A DNA stretch of 61,939 nucleotides, filler included, from Jimgerdemannia flammicorona (Eukaryota): the NCBI GenBank assembly GCA_003990765.1. It is 2 parts of 2 records of this genome, joined end to end, with 100 filler letters (N's around TTAATTAATTAA, not from the genome) between each part and the next. Parts side by side here need not be neighbours in the genome. Positions count along the whole stretch, not along the records: positions 31,039 to 61,939 come from RBNJ01000419.1; 1 more part is not named here. One strand, written 5' to 3'. This document shows positions 61,920 to 61,939 of the stretch, piece after piece; the stretch's first letter is position 1, and the number at the start of each line of letters is the position of its first letter. The notes beneath the pieces are model-generated. The model ran no database searches, was not told where the DNA came from, and worked only from the letters and a program-made list of their open reading frames with translations. The translations under genes and the position numbers were made by a program.

Positions 61920-61939
61920 TTTTTTTTTTTTTTTTTTTT

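Overview
Eukaryotic (fungal-type, intron-rich; an early-diverging Mucoromycota-like fungus is my inference) scaffold window with two sharply different compartments. Positions ~1-13.3 kb are a compact, CpG-rich gene island. It holds a histidine acid phosphatase (-) head-to-head with dihydroxyacetone kinase (+), ARL5, a bacterial-looking alpha/beta hydrolase (-), ribosomal P0 (with a candidate intronic box C/D snoRNA antisense to 18S rRNA) and NPL4. Positions ~13.4-61.9 kb are a nested transposon graveyard, CpG-depleted and riddled with C-to-T/G-to-A transitions. It holds four Ty3/Gypsy families, one Ty1/Copia, four copies of an L1/Tx1-like LINE, a MULE-like DNA transposon and its foldback derivatives, plus an artificial 100-nt gap spacer at 30939-31038. 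Most notable: (i) two different Gypsy families carry an apparently related extra gene, each with its own TATA box, in the LTR/3' region, and one family has swapped this U3 cargo between copies; (ii) three Gypsy families carry dUTPase, in two different polyprotein positions, and two of them also share a CxH...CxxC motif near it. All TE ORFs are pseudogenised, and the coordinates of decayed elements are approximate.
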